DNA of 64,000 nt from an uncultured Actinomycetes bacterium. GTDB lineage: Bacteria; Actinomycetota; UBA4738; JBBDTT01. The stretch spans positions 1,376,001 to 1,440,000 of the forward strand of contig CAVUMN010000004.1 of assembly GCA_963742735.1 (NCBI GenBank), read 5' to 3'. Both the position numbers and the translations under genes were made by a program. Shown in pieces: positions 1-8,449 of this stretch (positions within the stretch are counted from its first letter, which is position 1; each line of letters starts with the position of its first letter). The notes below the pieces were generated by a model. That model did no database searches. It was not told the origin of the DNA and saw only the letters and a program-made list of their open reading frames with translations.

Positions 1-1
1 G

Positions 2-538
2 CGGCATCACATCCACGACATGTTCGAGGCGCTGCGCAGAATCCCCCAGCCGACGATCGCGAGCGTGTTCGGCTTCGCCCTCGGCGGCGGCTTCGAGCTC
101 GCCCTGTCGTGCGACCTGATCGTCGCCGCCGACGACGCCAAACTCGGGGTTCCCGAGGTCCGCGTGGGGATCATCCCGGGGGGCGGCGGCACCCAGATGC
201 TGCCCCGCAAGGCGGGACTCTCACGCGCCAAGGACCTGATCTTCACCGCTCGCCAGGTCACCGCCGACGACGCCGCGGCGATGGGCGTCGTGGCCCGCGT
301 CGTCTCGCGCGCCGACCTCGAGGCCGAGACCATGAAGCTCGCCGGCGAGATCACCGCAAACTCGCCGGTCGCCGTGCGCCAGGCGAAGCTCGCCATCGAC
401 CAGGGCTTCGACGTCCCCCTCGAGGAAGCCATCGACATCGAAGGGCAGGCCTGGCGGCACGCGGTCGACTCGAAGGACCGGGCCGAGGGCATCGCCGCCT
501 TCGTCGAGAAACGCACGCCCGGCTGGTCGGGGGAGTGA
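2..538 (+). CDS. Enoyl-CoA hydratase/isomerase (crotonase) family protein, 5'-truncated by window edge
   Basis: Crotonase motifs GFALGGGFELALSCD and PEVRVGIIPGGGGTQ, C-terminal EGIAAFVEKR; frame is open to the window start. Confidence 0.92.
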   Translation, partial: RHHIHDMFEALRRIPQPTIASVFGFALGGGFELALSCDLIVAADDAKLGVPEVRVGIIPGGGGTQMLPRKAGLSRAKDLIFTARQVTADDAAAMGVVARVVSRADLEAETMKLAGEITANSPVAVRQAKLAIDQGFDVPLEEAIDIEGQAWRHAVDSKDRAEGIAAFVEKRTPGWSGE

Positions 539-665
539 GTCCCGCCGGACGGTGACATACATCACCCTTCACTTCCACCTACGGAGGGCGTAGCGTGGAG
601 GTAAGCGACGTCATCGAGGCGCCGCCCATGCGCTCGCCGGTCACGGCGAGGAGAGGGGGGCAGCA

Positions 666-839
666 ATGGCGGCGAAGAAGATCACGCCGGCGGACGCGGC
701 CAGCAAGAAGGTGTCGGCTGCTTCCACCAAGGCCACGAAGACGGTCCGTGCTGCGCGCGCGACCCGAGCCACGCGCGCCACTCGTGCCACGCGCGCGGGA
801 TGGGTCGACAACCACAACGAGACTCTGATCTCGGGCTGA
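666..839 (+). CDS. Small basic peptide (57 aa) with RAT tripeptide repeats and C-terminal NHNETL motif
   Basis: Read by hand (below ORF-track cutoff): MAAKKITPADAASKKVSAASTKATKTVRAARATRATRATRATRAGWVDNHNETLISG*; strong SD GAGGAGAGGGGG upstream of ATG 666. Confidence 0.75.
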   Translation: MAAKKITPADAASKKVSAASTKATKTVRAARATRATRATRATRAGWVDNHNETLISG

Positions 840-1672
840 TCACGAGCGGACAGGCTCTCGCGACGCCGCAGTTGGAGGTCGCGCACTGCCGCGCGGTGCG
901 CCTGCGCGACGAGGGCCAATATCCGGAGGCCTGGGAGGCGTTCGAAGTCGCGCTCGGTCTGGTCGACGAGGTGGATGCGGGTCCGCTCGTTGTCGCCTCG
1001 CTTCTGAACGATCTAGGCGTGCTCGGCAAGTACTCGGGGCGGTTCGACGAAGGCGAGCAGGCCTACCGCCGTGCTCTCGGCCTGGCGGAGGCCGATCCCG
1101 GCGGCGCTCCCCTGGTTGCGACGCTGCTCCACAACCTTGGCGGTCTGGATCACGCACGCGGAGATCTCGCTCGGGCGGAGCCGCTGGCGCGTCAAGGGCT
1201 CGAGATGCGTATCGCGCTGCTCGGTCCTGATGACCCCGCGGTGGCCGCGGACCGAGCCGCGCTGGCCCCCATCCTCGACGGGCTCGGCCGGGCGGACGAG
1301 GCCGAGGAATTGCTTTCCCAGGCGCTCCAGGCGTTCGAGTCCGCGGGGATGGCCAATGACCTCGACGCCGCCGTGGCCCTGCACAATCTGGCGGCCCTCC
1401 GCCACCGGCGGGGCGACCGGGAGGCGGCCGAGACGCTCTACCGCGAGGCCCTCGTCGCCAAGGAAGGCGTTCTGGGGAGGGATCACCCGGAGCTCGCGAT
1501 CACCTTGGTGAACCTTGGGGTGCTTCTCGCCGAGACGGGCCGAGCCGTCGCAGCGGCGAAGCGCCTGCGACACGCGATCCGCCTGCTGGAGGGGAACGTC
1601 GCGGACGACCACCCGACGCTTCTGGCCGCAACCGCCCGTCTCGAATGCATCGCGGGTGAACGGACGACCTGA
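836..1672 (+). CDS. Tetratricopeptide-repeat protein (kinesin-light-chain-like TPRs), no catalytic domain
   Basis: Repeats ASLLNDLG, ATLLHNLG, AVALHNLA, AITLVNLG and LGxDHP; start uncertain (CTG 836 overlapping the peptide stop, TTG 872, GTG 896, or ATG 800). Confidence 0.85.
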   Translation: MITSGQALATPQLEVAHCRAVRLRDEGQYPEAWEAFEVALGLVDEVDAGPLVVASLLNDLGVLGKYSGRFDEGEQAYRRALGLAEADPGGAPLVATLLHNLGGLDHARGDLARAEPLARQGLEMRIALLGPDDPAVAADRAALAPILDGLGRADEAEELLSQALQAFESAGMANDLDAAVALHNLAALRHRRGDREAAETLYREALVAKEGVLGRDHPELAITLVNLGVLLAETGRAVAAAKRLRHAIRLLEGNVADDHPTLLAATARLECIAGERTT

Positions 1673-1694
1673 GCGCCTCGGCTACGCTCACGTC

Positions 1695-2600
1695 GTGCCA
1701 GAGCCCTTGTCGATCCCAAACCGCGTCACCGTCCGCGAGGTCGGCCCTCGCGACGGCCTCCAGGCGGAGGACCCCATTCCCGTCGAGGGGCGCGTCCGGT
1801 TGATCGACGCGCTCTCGGTCTCCGGCGTCACCAAGATCGAGGCCGTGTCGTTCGTCTCGCCCAAGGCGGTTCCGGCGATGGCCGGTGCGGCCGAGGTGAT
1901 GGCCGGGATCACTCGAAGCGAGAGCGTGCAGTACTCGGCGCTCGTCCCGAACCGTCGCGGGGCCGAGGCCGGGGTCGAGGCCGGCGCGGACGCCCTCACC
2001 GCGTTCCTGGCCGCGAGCGACGGCTACAACCGCAAGAACGTCGGCAAGTCCGTCCAGGAGTCCGTGGCCGACGTCGCCGAGGTCGTCGCCGTGGCCCGCG
2101 AGGCCGGCCTCCCGATCGAGGCCACGATCTCCAGCGCGTTCGGCGACCCCTACGAGGGCCAGGTAACGCCGGAGCGCGTGGCCGAGGTCGCGGGGTGGCT
2201 GGCCGACGCCGGCGTCGAGGCCTTCTCCCTCGGCGACACCACCGGCATGGCCAGCCCGACGCGTATCACCGCAGTCGTCGAGCTCCTCCGCGAGCGGCTC
2301 CCGGATCACCGGCTCAACCTCCACCTCCACGACACCCGCGGCGCCGCCATGGCCAACGCACTCGCCGGCCTGCAGGCGGGCGTGACGGAGTTCGACGCGT
2401 CGATCGGCGGGCTCGGCGGATCGCCCTTCGCCCCCGCCGCGGGCGGCAACCTGGCCACCGAGGACTTCGTCCACCTGCTCCACGACATGGGCGTGCAGAC
2501 CGGACTCGACCCGACGAAGCTGCTCGAGGCGGCGGAGATCGCCCGAGAGCTCGTCGGCCACGACCTCTGGAGCCACCTGCCCAGGTCCGGCCCCCGGTAG
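1695..2600 (+). CDS. Hydroxymethylglutaryl-CoA lyase family protein
   Basis: EVGPRDGLQ, SLGDTTG, HLHDTRG, GNLATED; GTG start 6 nt after a TACGCT -10 box. Confidence 0.92.
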   Translation: MPEPLSIPNRVTVREVGPRDGLQAEDPIPVEGRVRLIDALSVSGVTKIEAVSFVSPKAVPAMAGAAEVMAGITRSESVQYSALVPNRRGAEAGVEAGADALTAFLAASDGYNRKNVGKSVQESVADVAEVVAVAREAGLPIEATISSAFGDPYEGQVTPERVAEVAGWLADAGVEAFSLGDTTGMASPTRITAVVELLRERLPDHRLNLHLHDTRGAAMANALAGLQAGVTEFDASIGGLGGSPFAPAAGGNLATEDFVHLLHDMGVQTGLDPTKLLEAAEIARELVGHDLWSHLPRSGPR

Positions 2601-2631
2601 CGCCTCCACAACCCGCTGGGATAATCGAGGC

Positions 2632-5600
2632 ATGCCGACCTGTCCCACGTGTGGCGTCGATCTTCCGGAGGGCGCGCGGTTCTGTCCGAGCTGCGGGTCG
2701 GCCGTGCCGACCGAGGTCGGGACCGAGGAGCGCAAGCTCGTCACGGTCGTGTTCGCCGACCTGGTCGACTCCACCGGGCTCACGCAGCGGCTCGACCCCG
2801 AGCGGGCGCGGGAGGTCATCGGGGCCTACTACGAGCTCGCGTCGGCCGAGCTCGCCTCGCTGCGGGGCCGCGCCGAGAAGTTCATCGGCGACGCGGTCAT
2901 GGCGGTGTTCGGGCTGCCCACCGTGCACGAGGACGACGCGGTCCGGGCGATCCGCGCGTCGCTCGCCATCCGCGACCGAACCCGAAAGCTCGGACCCGAG
3001 CTGGGGCTTCCGTTCGAGCTGGACGTCCACGTCGGGGTGGCCTCGGGCGCTGTCGCCTCGGGCGTCAGCCCGGCCGGCCAGCTGCTCGCGACCGGCCCGA
3101 CGGTCAACCTGGCGGCGCGCCTGCAGGACGCGGCCGCGCCGGGCGAGGTCCTCGCGTCCGAGACGACGGTCGAGCTCACCCGGAACTCCGTCGAGTTCGG
3201 CGAGCCGCGGATGATCGAGGCCGCGGGGTTCGACGCGCCGGTGCGCGCGTACCCCGTGGTCCGGCTGGCGGCGAGCCGGTCGCGGCGAACCATCCCGCTG
3301 ATCGGGCGCCGCTCGGAGCTCTCCCTGCTCGAGGAGACGTACCGGCGCGCGATCCGGAACAAGCGCGCGCACCTGTTCACCCTCCTCGGTGAGCCGGGGA
3401 TCGGCAAGAGCCGCCTGGTCCAGGAGTTCGTCTCGGGTCTGGGCGAGGACGTGACGGTCCTCACCGGCCGCGCGGTGTCGTGGGGCGGCGAGGTCACCTT
3501 CTGGCCGCTGGTCGAGATGCTCCGCGCCGAGGCGGGGATCCACGAGGACGACTCGGTCGCGGTCATCCGGGAGCGGCTGGAAGAGCTCGCCGAGGGGTGC
3601 TGCACGCGCGACGAGGCGCAGCAGGTCGCGGCCCAGCTGGCCCTGGCCCTCGGGGTCGGCGAGGAGGACACCGAGCGACAGTTCCTGCAGCAGGAGGTCC
3701 AGGCCGGGTTCCGGCGTCTCCTGGAGGGGCTCGGCGCCCGGGGTCCGCTGGCACTGGTCTTCGAGGACCTCCACGCGGCCCAGCCGGCGTTCCTCGACCT
3801 GATCGAGCACGCCGTCCTGCGCGTGAAGGGGATCCCCCTGTTCGTGTTGTCGGTGGCCCGTGAGGACCTCCTCGAGGACCGCCCGGGCTGGGGCGGAGGT
3901 CGCGCGGACGCCGTGACCCTGCACCTCGACCCCCTCGACCCCGAGGCCAGCGCCGAGCTCGCCCGCGAATCGGCCGGCGAGGAGCTCGACGATCTGACGG
4001 TCCGTCAGATCGCGGAGCGCACCGGCGGCAACCCGTTCTTCATCGTGGAGACCACCGGCATGCTCCTGCACGAGGGTCGCGAGGGGATGGCGCAGTCGGT
4101 GCTCCCGGCGACCGTCCATGCGGTCGTCGCTTCCCGGCTGGATCACCTCTCCGAGCCGGCGAGGGAGCTCGCCCGCAAGATGTCGGTGTTCCGGCCGCCC
4201 GTGGACCCCTCGGAGCTGGCCCTCGTCACCGACGTCTCCGACGAGGCGCTGGCCGAGCTCGAGCAGGAGGAGGTGCTGGTCCACGACGAGGGCGACCTCA
4301 CCCAGTGGCGGTTCCGCCACCAGGTCCTGCGCGACGTCGCGTACGAGTCCCTGCCGAAGCGGGAGCGCCAGCGGCTGCACCTGGCGGTCGCCGACGAGCT
4401 GATTGCCCGGGGCCTGCAGCCCCGCTATCCACAGGCCATCGCCTATCACCTGGAGCACGCCGCCCGGGCGAGCCTGGACCTGAACCCCGCCGACCGAGTC
4501 CTCGCCGACCGTGCCGTGGAGGCCCTCGGCGAGGCGGGGGATCGCCTCCGGCGGCGGATGGAGCTTCGCAGCGCGATCGACCTCTACCTCCGCGGGTTGG
4601 CCCTGGCCGGGCCGAAGGAGTCGTGGGGAGCGCGAGAGGCGGGGATGCTCGCCGGCATCGGCGAGTCGCAGTACTGGCTGGCCGAGTACGACCCGGCCCG
4701 CGAGCACCTGACGCGGGCCCTGGAGATCGGCGCCGGCTCGGACCGGGTCGTGGCGCATGCCGCCCGGTTCCTGGCGGACATCGTTTTGAACGTGGACGCG
4801 GACATCGAGGCCGCCGAGCGGCTGTTCACCCAGGCCCGCGAGGCGGCGGACCGCTACGGCGACCCGTACGTGATCGCCCGGGTCCGGCTGATGTCCGCTT
4901 GGGTGCCTTCGTGGCGAGGAGACCCGGGGACCGCGGAGAAGGAGTGGCGCGAGGTGGTCGAGCTCGCCCGCGAGCACGGCGACAAGTGGGCTGAGGCCCG
5001 TGCGCTGGCCAACCTGTGCTCGGCGAACTCCGCGGCCGGCGACGAGCGCGAGGCGATGGAGTTCGCGTCGGAGGCGCTGCGACTGGGCGAGGAGATGGGC
5101 GACCGGTTCACCGTCGCGGTGGCCCGGCAGTTCCTCGGCAACTCCTACCGGCGGATGGGCCGGCACGCCGAGGCGCTCGAGATGTTCTCCGCGGCGATCC
5201 GCGCCTTCGAGGACCTGGGCGCGCGGTGGGAGCAGGGCGCCGCGCTCGCCGATCGCGGCGAGGTTCGGCTGTTCACGGACGACCTTCGCGGCGCCGAGCG
5301 GGACTACCGCGAGGCCCTGTCGATCATGACCGCCCTCGACGAGCGCGGGTACCTCGGGTTCATCCACGAGGAGCTCGCGGTCCTGGCCGCCATGGAGGGC
5401 GACTGGCCGAGAGCCGAGACGCACCTGGAGCGCGCCGAGCGGATGGAGATCACCGGCGACCTGTTCAGCCGGGCCGGGCCCCTGGAGACGAAGGCCGAGC
5501 TGGCACTGCTCAAGGGGGACCGGGCGGCGGCGCTCGCCGCGACGCGCGAGGCCCTCGAGCTGCTCCGCCAGAGCGCGTACCGAAACCGCCACGCGGTCTC

Positions 5601-5748
5601 GCTGCTCCGGGCCGCGAACCGGTTCGGCGCGGACGCCGTCGGTGGCGAGGCCGAGGTGGCCGACGCCCGCGAACGCCTGGAGCGCGCCGGCTGGGTGATG
5701 CCCCCCGACCCGGTGGCGCGGGCGGCGAACGCCGAACCGGCACCGTGA
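2632..5748 (+). CDS. Zinc-ribbon / class III nucleotide cyclase / AAA ATPase / TPR signalling protein
   Basis: N-terminal CxxC...CxxC; cyclase motifs FADLVDST, KFIGDAVM, VNLAARLQ; Walker A GEPGIGKS, Walker B LVFEDLH; GGNPFF; TPR-like C-terminus. Confidence 0.9.
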   Translation: MPTCPTCGVDLPEGARFCPSCGSAVPTEVGTEERKLVTVVFADLVDSTGLTQRLDPERAREVIGAYYELASAELASLRGRAEKFIGDAVMAVFGLPTVHEDDAVRAIRASLAIRDRTRKLGPELGLPFELDVHVGVASGAVASGVSPAGQLLATGPTVNLAARLQDAAAPGEVLASETTVELTRNSVEFGEPRMIEAAGFDAPVRAYPVVRLAASRSRRTIPLIGRRSELSLLEETYRRAIRNKRAHLFTLLGEPGIGKSRLVQEFVSGLGEDVTVLTGRAVSWGGEVTFWPLVEMLRAEAGIHEDDSVAVIRERLEELAEGCCTRDEAQQVAAQLALALGVGEEDTERQFLQQEVQAGFRRLLEGLGARGPLALVFEDLHAAQPAFLDLIEHAVLRVKGIPLFVLSVAREDLLEDRPGWGGGRADAVTLHLDPLDPEASAELARESAGEELDDLTVRQIAERTGGNPFFIVETTGMLLHEGREGMAQSVLPATVHAVVASRLDHLSEPARELARKMSVFRPPVDPSELALVTDVSDEALAELEQEEVLVHDEGDLTQWRFRHQVLRDVAYESLPKRERQRLHLAVADELIARGLQPRYPQAIAYHLEHAARASLDLNPADRVLADRAVEALGEAGDRLRRRMELRSAIDLYLRGLALAGPKESWGAREAGMLAGIGESQYWLAEYDPAREHLTRALEIGAGSDRVVAHAARFLADIVLNVDADIEAAERLFTQAREAADRYGDPYVIARVRLMSAWVPSWRGDPGTAEKEWREVVELAREHGDKWAEARALANLCSANSAAGDEREAMEFASEALRLGEEMGDRFTVAVARQFLGNSYRRMGRHAEALEMFSAAIRAFEDLGARWEQGAALADRGEVRLFTDDLRGAERDYREALSIMTALDERGYLGFIHEELAVLAAMEGDWPRAETHLERAERMEITGDLFSRAGPLETKAELALLKGDRAAALAATREALELLRQSAYRNRHAVSLLRAANRFGADAVGGEAEVADARERLERAGWVMPPDPVARAANAEPAP

Positions 5749-5791
5749 CGGCCACCTTCGCGAAGGGCGCCTAGTACCCTTTGATTCGCGA

Positions 5792-5832
5792 CGGGGGTCG
5801 GCTACGCGGGCAGCCGGCCCCCGCCGCTTTTC
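5792..5832 (+). terminator. Probable intrinsic terminator hairpin
   Basis: Stem CGGGGGTCGGCT/AGCCGGCCCCCG followed by CCGCTTTTCC downstream of the cyclase gene. Confidence 0.5.
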
Positions 5833-5853
5833 CGTCGATAGACTGCGGCCGCA

Positions 5854-7017
5854 ATGGACTTCGACCTCAGCCCGGAGCAGGAAGCGTTCCGGCGCGTCGT
5901 CCGCGACTTCGCCGAAGCCGTGGTCCGCCCTCGCGCCGAGGAGATGGACGAGCGGGCGGAGCTCCCCATGGACATCGTCAAGCAGATGGGCGAGCTCGGG
6001 CTGTTCGGCCTGCCGTTCCCGGAGGAGTACGGGGGGCAGGGGTCGGACTTCCTGACCCTGTGTCTGGCCATCGAGGAGCTCGCCCGGGTCGACTCGAGCA
6101 TCGCGATCACGCTCGAGGCCGCGGTCGGCCTCGGCGCGAACCCGATCTACCGCTTCGGCACCCAGGCCCAGAAGGAGCGCTGGCTCGTGCCGATGTGCCG
6201 GGGAGAGATCCTGGGCGCGTTCGGCCTGACCGAGCCCGACGGCGGCTCCGACGCCGGCTCGACGCGAACCACTGCGGTCCTCCAGGACGATCAGTGGGTC
6301 ATCAACGGCTCGAAGGCGTTCATCACCAACGCCGGCACGCCGATCAGCGCGCTGGTCACCGTCACCGCGGTCACCGGGACCGAGGCGGGCGGCCACAAGG
6401 AGATCTCGACGATCATCGTTCCCACGGACACGCCCGGCTTCCAGGCGGCGAAGGCCTACCGCAAGATCGGCTGGCACGCCTCGGACACGCGCGAGCTCTC
6501 GTTCAACGACTGCCGCGTGCCCGAGGAGAACCTCCTGGGGGAGGTGGGGGCGGGCTACAAGCAGTTCTTGCAGACCCTCGACGACGGGCGTGTGGCCATT
6601 GCGGCCCTCGCGGTCGGTCTGGCGCAGGGATGTCTGGACGAGAGCGTTCGGTACGCGAAGGAGCGGCACGCGTTCGGCAGGCCCATCGGGGCGTTCCAGG
6701 GTCTGCAGTTCAAGATCGCCGACATGCGGGTGGCCGTGGAGCTGGCCCGGCTCGCCGTCTATCGCGCGGCCTGGCTGCAGATGTCGGGCCGGCCGTTCAA
6801 GGCCGAGGCATCCATCGCCAAGCTGTACGCGACCGAGATGGCCGTGACCGCGGCGCGAGACGCCGTGCAGGTCTTCGGGGGCTACGGCTACATCGAGGAG
6901 TCACCGGTTGCCCGGTATTACCGAGATGCGAAGGTCCTGGAGATCGGCGAGGGCACCAGCGAGATCCAGCGCCTGCTCATCGCCCGGGACCTGGGCCTGC
7001 CGGGGACCGACCTGTAG
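5854..7017 (+). CDS. Acyl-CoA dehydrogenase
   Basis: AFGLTEPDGGSDA, INGSKAFITN, QVFGGYGY, LEIGEGTSEIQR. Confidence 0.95.
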   Translation: MDFDLSPEQEAFRRVVRDFAEAVVRPRAEEMDERAELPMDIVKQMGELGLFGLPFPEEYGGQGSDFLTLCLAIEELARVDSSIAITLEAAVGLGANPIYRFGTQAQKERWLVPMCRGEILGAFGLTEPDGGSDAGSTRTTAVLQDDQWVINGSKAFITNAGTPISALVTVTAVTGTEAGGHKEISTIIVPTDTPGFQAAKAYRKIGWHASDTRELSFNDCRVPEENLLGEVGAGYKQFLQTLDDGRVAIAALAVGLAQGCLDESVRYAKERHAFGRPIGAFQGLQFKIADMRVAVELARLAVYRAAWLQMSGRPFKAEASIAKLYATEMAVTAARDAVQVFGGYGYIEESPVARYYRDAKVLEIGEGTSEIQRLLIARDLGLPGTDL

Positions 7018-7069
7018 GCTGACCGGTGATTGAACGCCCCGTCCCGAGGCGTCACTCTGAGCATTCGAG

Positions 7070-7099
7070 TTGACATATGCCACAGGAGTTCAGTAGAAG
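7070..7099 (+). promoter_or_regulatory. Possible housekeeping-sigma promoter for the M23 gene
   Basis: Perfect TTGACA (7070-7075), 18-nt spacer, imperfect -10 TAGAAG. Confidence 0.3.
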
Positions 7100-7109
7100 A
7101 GGCCCCACT

Positions 7110-8246
7110 GTGCCCAGCCGAGCTTCCCTCGGGCGCCGGAGACGGCGCACCGCCTCGGCGGCGACGGTCGTCGTCGTCGTGCTCACCATGTTCGCCTCCG
7201 GCTACGCCGTCGCGGACACCAAGGCCGACCTCGTCGCAGCCAAGCGCCGCCTGGCCCAGCTCGAGAACGAGGTCGCCGACGCCGAGGCGCAGGGCGCGGC
7301 CCTCCAGGCCCAGGCCGACGCCATCGCCGCGCAGGTCCACCAGACGGGTGAGGCGATCGCGGAGACCGAGTTCCGCATCGAGCAGACCCTGGCCGGCATC
7401 CACCGCCGGGAGGTGCGGATCGCCGCGCTCGAGGAACGGCTGGGACAGCGAGCCCGGCACGCCTACATCTCCGGCCCCGGCGGGATCTTCGAGGTCATCC
7501 TCGGTTCGTCCTCGTTCGGGGATCTGTCCGACCGCCTTGCCCTCTACGACTCGGTGCAGAAGTCCGACGCCGACCTGGCCCTGTCGATCGAGAACGAGCG
7601 CGTCGAGCTCGAGGGCCGCAAGGCCGAGCTCGACGGGATGAAGGCCGAGCTGGTGCGGGTCCGGCGCATCCAGGAGCGGCAGCTGGCCGCGCAGATCGAG
7701 AAGCTCGGGCAGATGGCGGTGGTGCTCGAGCGGCTGGCCGACAAGCGGGCGGAGGCCAAGGAGCTCGTCGCCACCCTGACCAAGCGATGGAAGAACGAGC
7801 TGGCGGCGATCAAGCGGGCCCAGGAGCTGGCCGGCGGGGGGATCATCCACGGGACGGGGATCTTCAAGGTATGCCCGGTCGACGCCCCCAACTCGTTCAG
7901 CAACGACTTCGGAGCTGCGCGGGTCGGTCACACGCACCAGGGCAACGACGTCTTCGCCCCCTCAGGCACACCGATCCGCGCGCCGTTCCCGGGGGTGGCC
8001 TCCGACGCCTCGAACTCGCTGGGCGGGCTGTCGGTCTACGTTCACGGCGCCGGCGGCTACGTCTACAACGCCCACCTCTCGCGCTTCGGGAAGATGGGCT
8101 CCGTCAACACGGGCGATGTGATCGGGTATGTCGGGAACACCGGAAACGCCCGGTACACGCCGCCTCACGACCATTTCGAGTGGCACCCCGGTAACGGCGG
8201 CGCGGTGAACCCGTACTACTACCTGCTCGACGCCTGCCGTTCCTGA
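7110..8246 (+). CDS. Secreted coiled-coil M23 peptidoglycan DD-metalloendopeptidase
   Basis: Signal peptide, long coiled coil, HQGND and HDHF Zn motifs, IGYVGNTG; alternative start 7077. Confidence 0.9.
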   Translation: MPSRASLGRRRRRTASAATVVVVVLTMFASGYAVADTKADLVAAKRRLAQLENEVADAEAQGAALQAQADAIAAQVHQTGEAIAETEFRIEQTLAGIHRREVRIAALEERLGQRARHAYISGPGGIFEVILGSSSFGDLSDRLALYDSVQKSDADLALSIENERVELEGRKAELDGMKAELVRVRRIQERQLAAQIEKLGQMAVVLERLADKRAEAKELVATLTKRWKNELAAIKRAQELAGGGIIHGTGIFKVCPVDAPNSFSNDFGAARVGHTHQGNDVFAPSGTPIRAPFPGVASDASNSLGGLSVYVHGAGGYVYNAHLSRFGKMGSVNTGDVIGYVGNTGNARYTPPHDHFEWHPGNGGAVNPYYYLLDACRS

Positions 8247-8449
8247 CGGATTGGCCCCGGAATGCCCCGATTCGTTCCCTGACGCCATCGGATAACTAGT
8301 CCGTTCGGGCCAGGAATTCGCCGGTCCATCCCGTATCTAATGAGGGTGCCCAACGCTATTTCCTAGCGAAAAAGGCCGAGGAATCGCTTACGCCCGGGGC
8401 GTTCCGTGCCGATGGAACGACGGTAACTAGTTCCGCTCCCGAAAGGAAC

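Noticed and set aside
595-828. 77-aa Arg-rich ORF overlapping the small peptide
   Set aside because: The 666-839 frame has the strong SD, typical codons and coupling to the TPR gene
2314-6669. 1451-aa minus-strand ORF and other long antisense or shifted ORFs (e.g. 18821-22459, 9847-12318)
   Set aside because: Shadow frames of high-GC genes, Arg/Gly/Pro-rich with no domain motifs, overlapping well-supported genes
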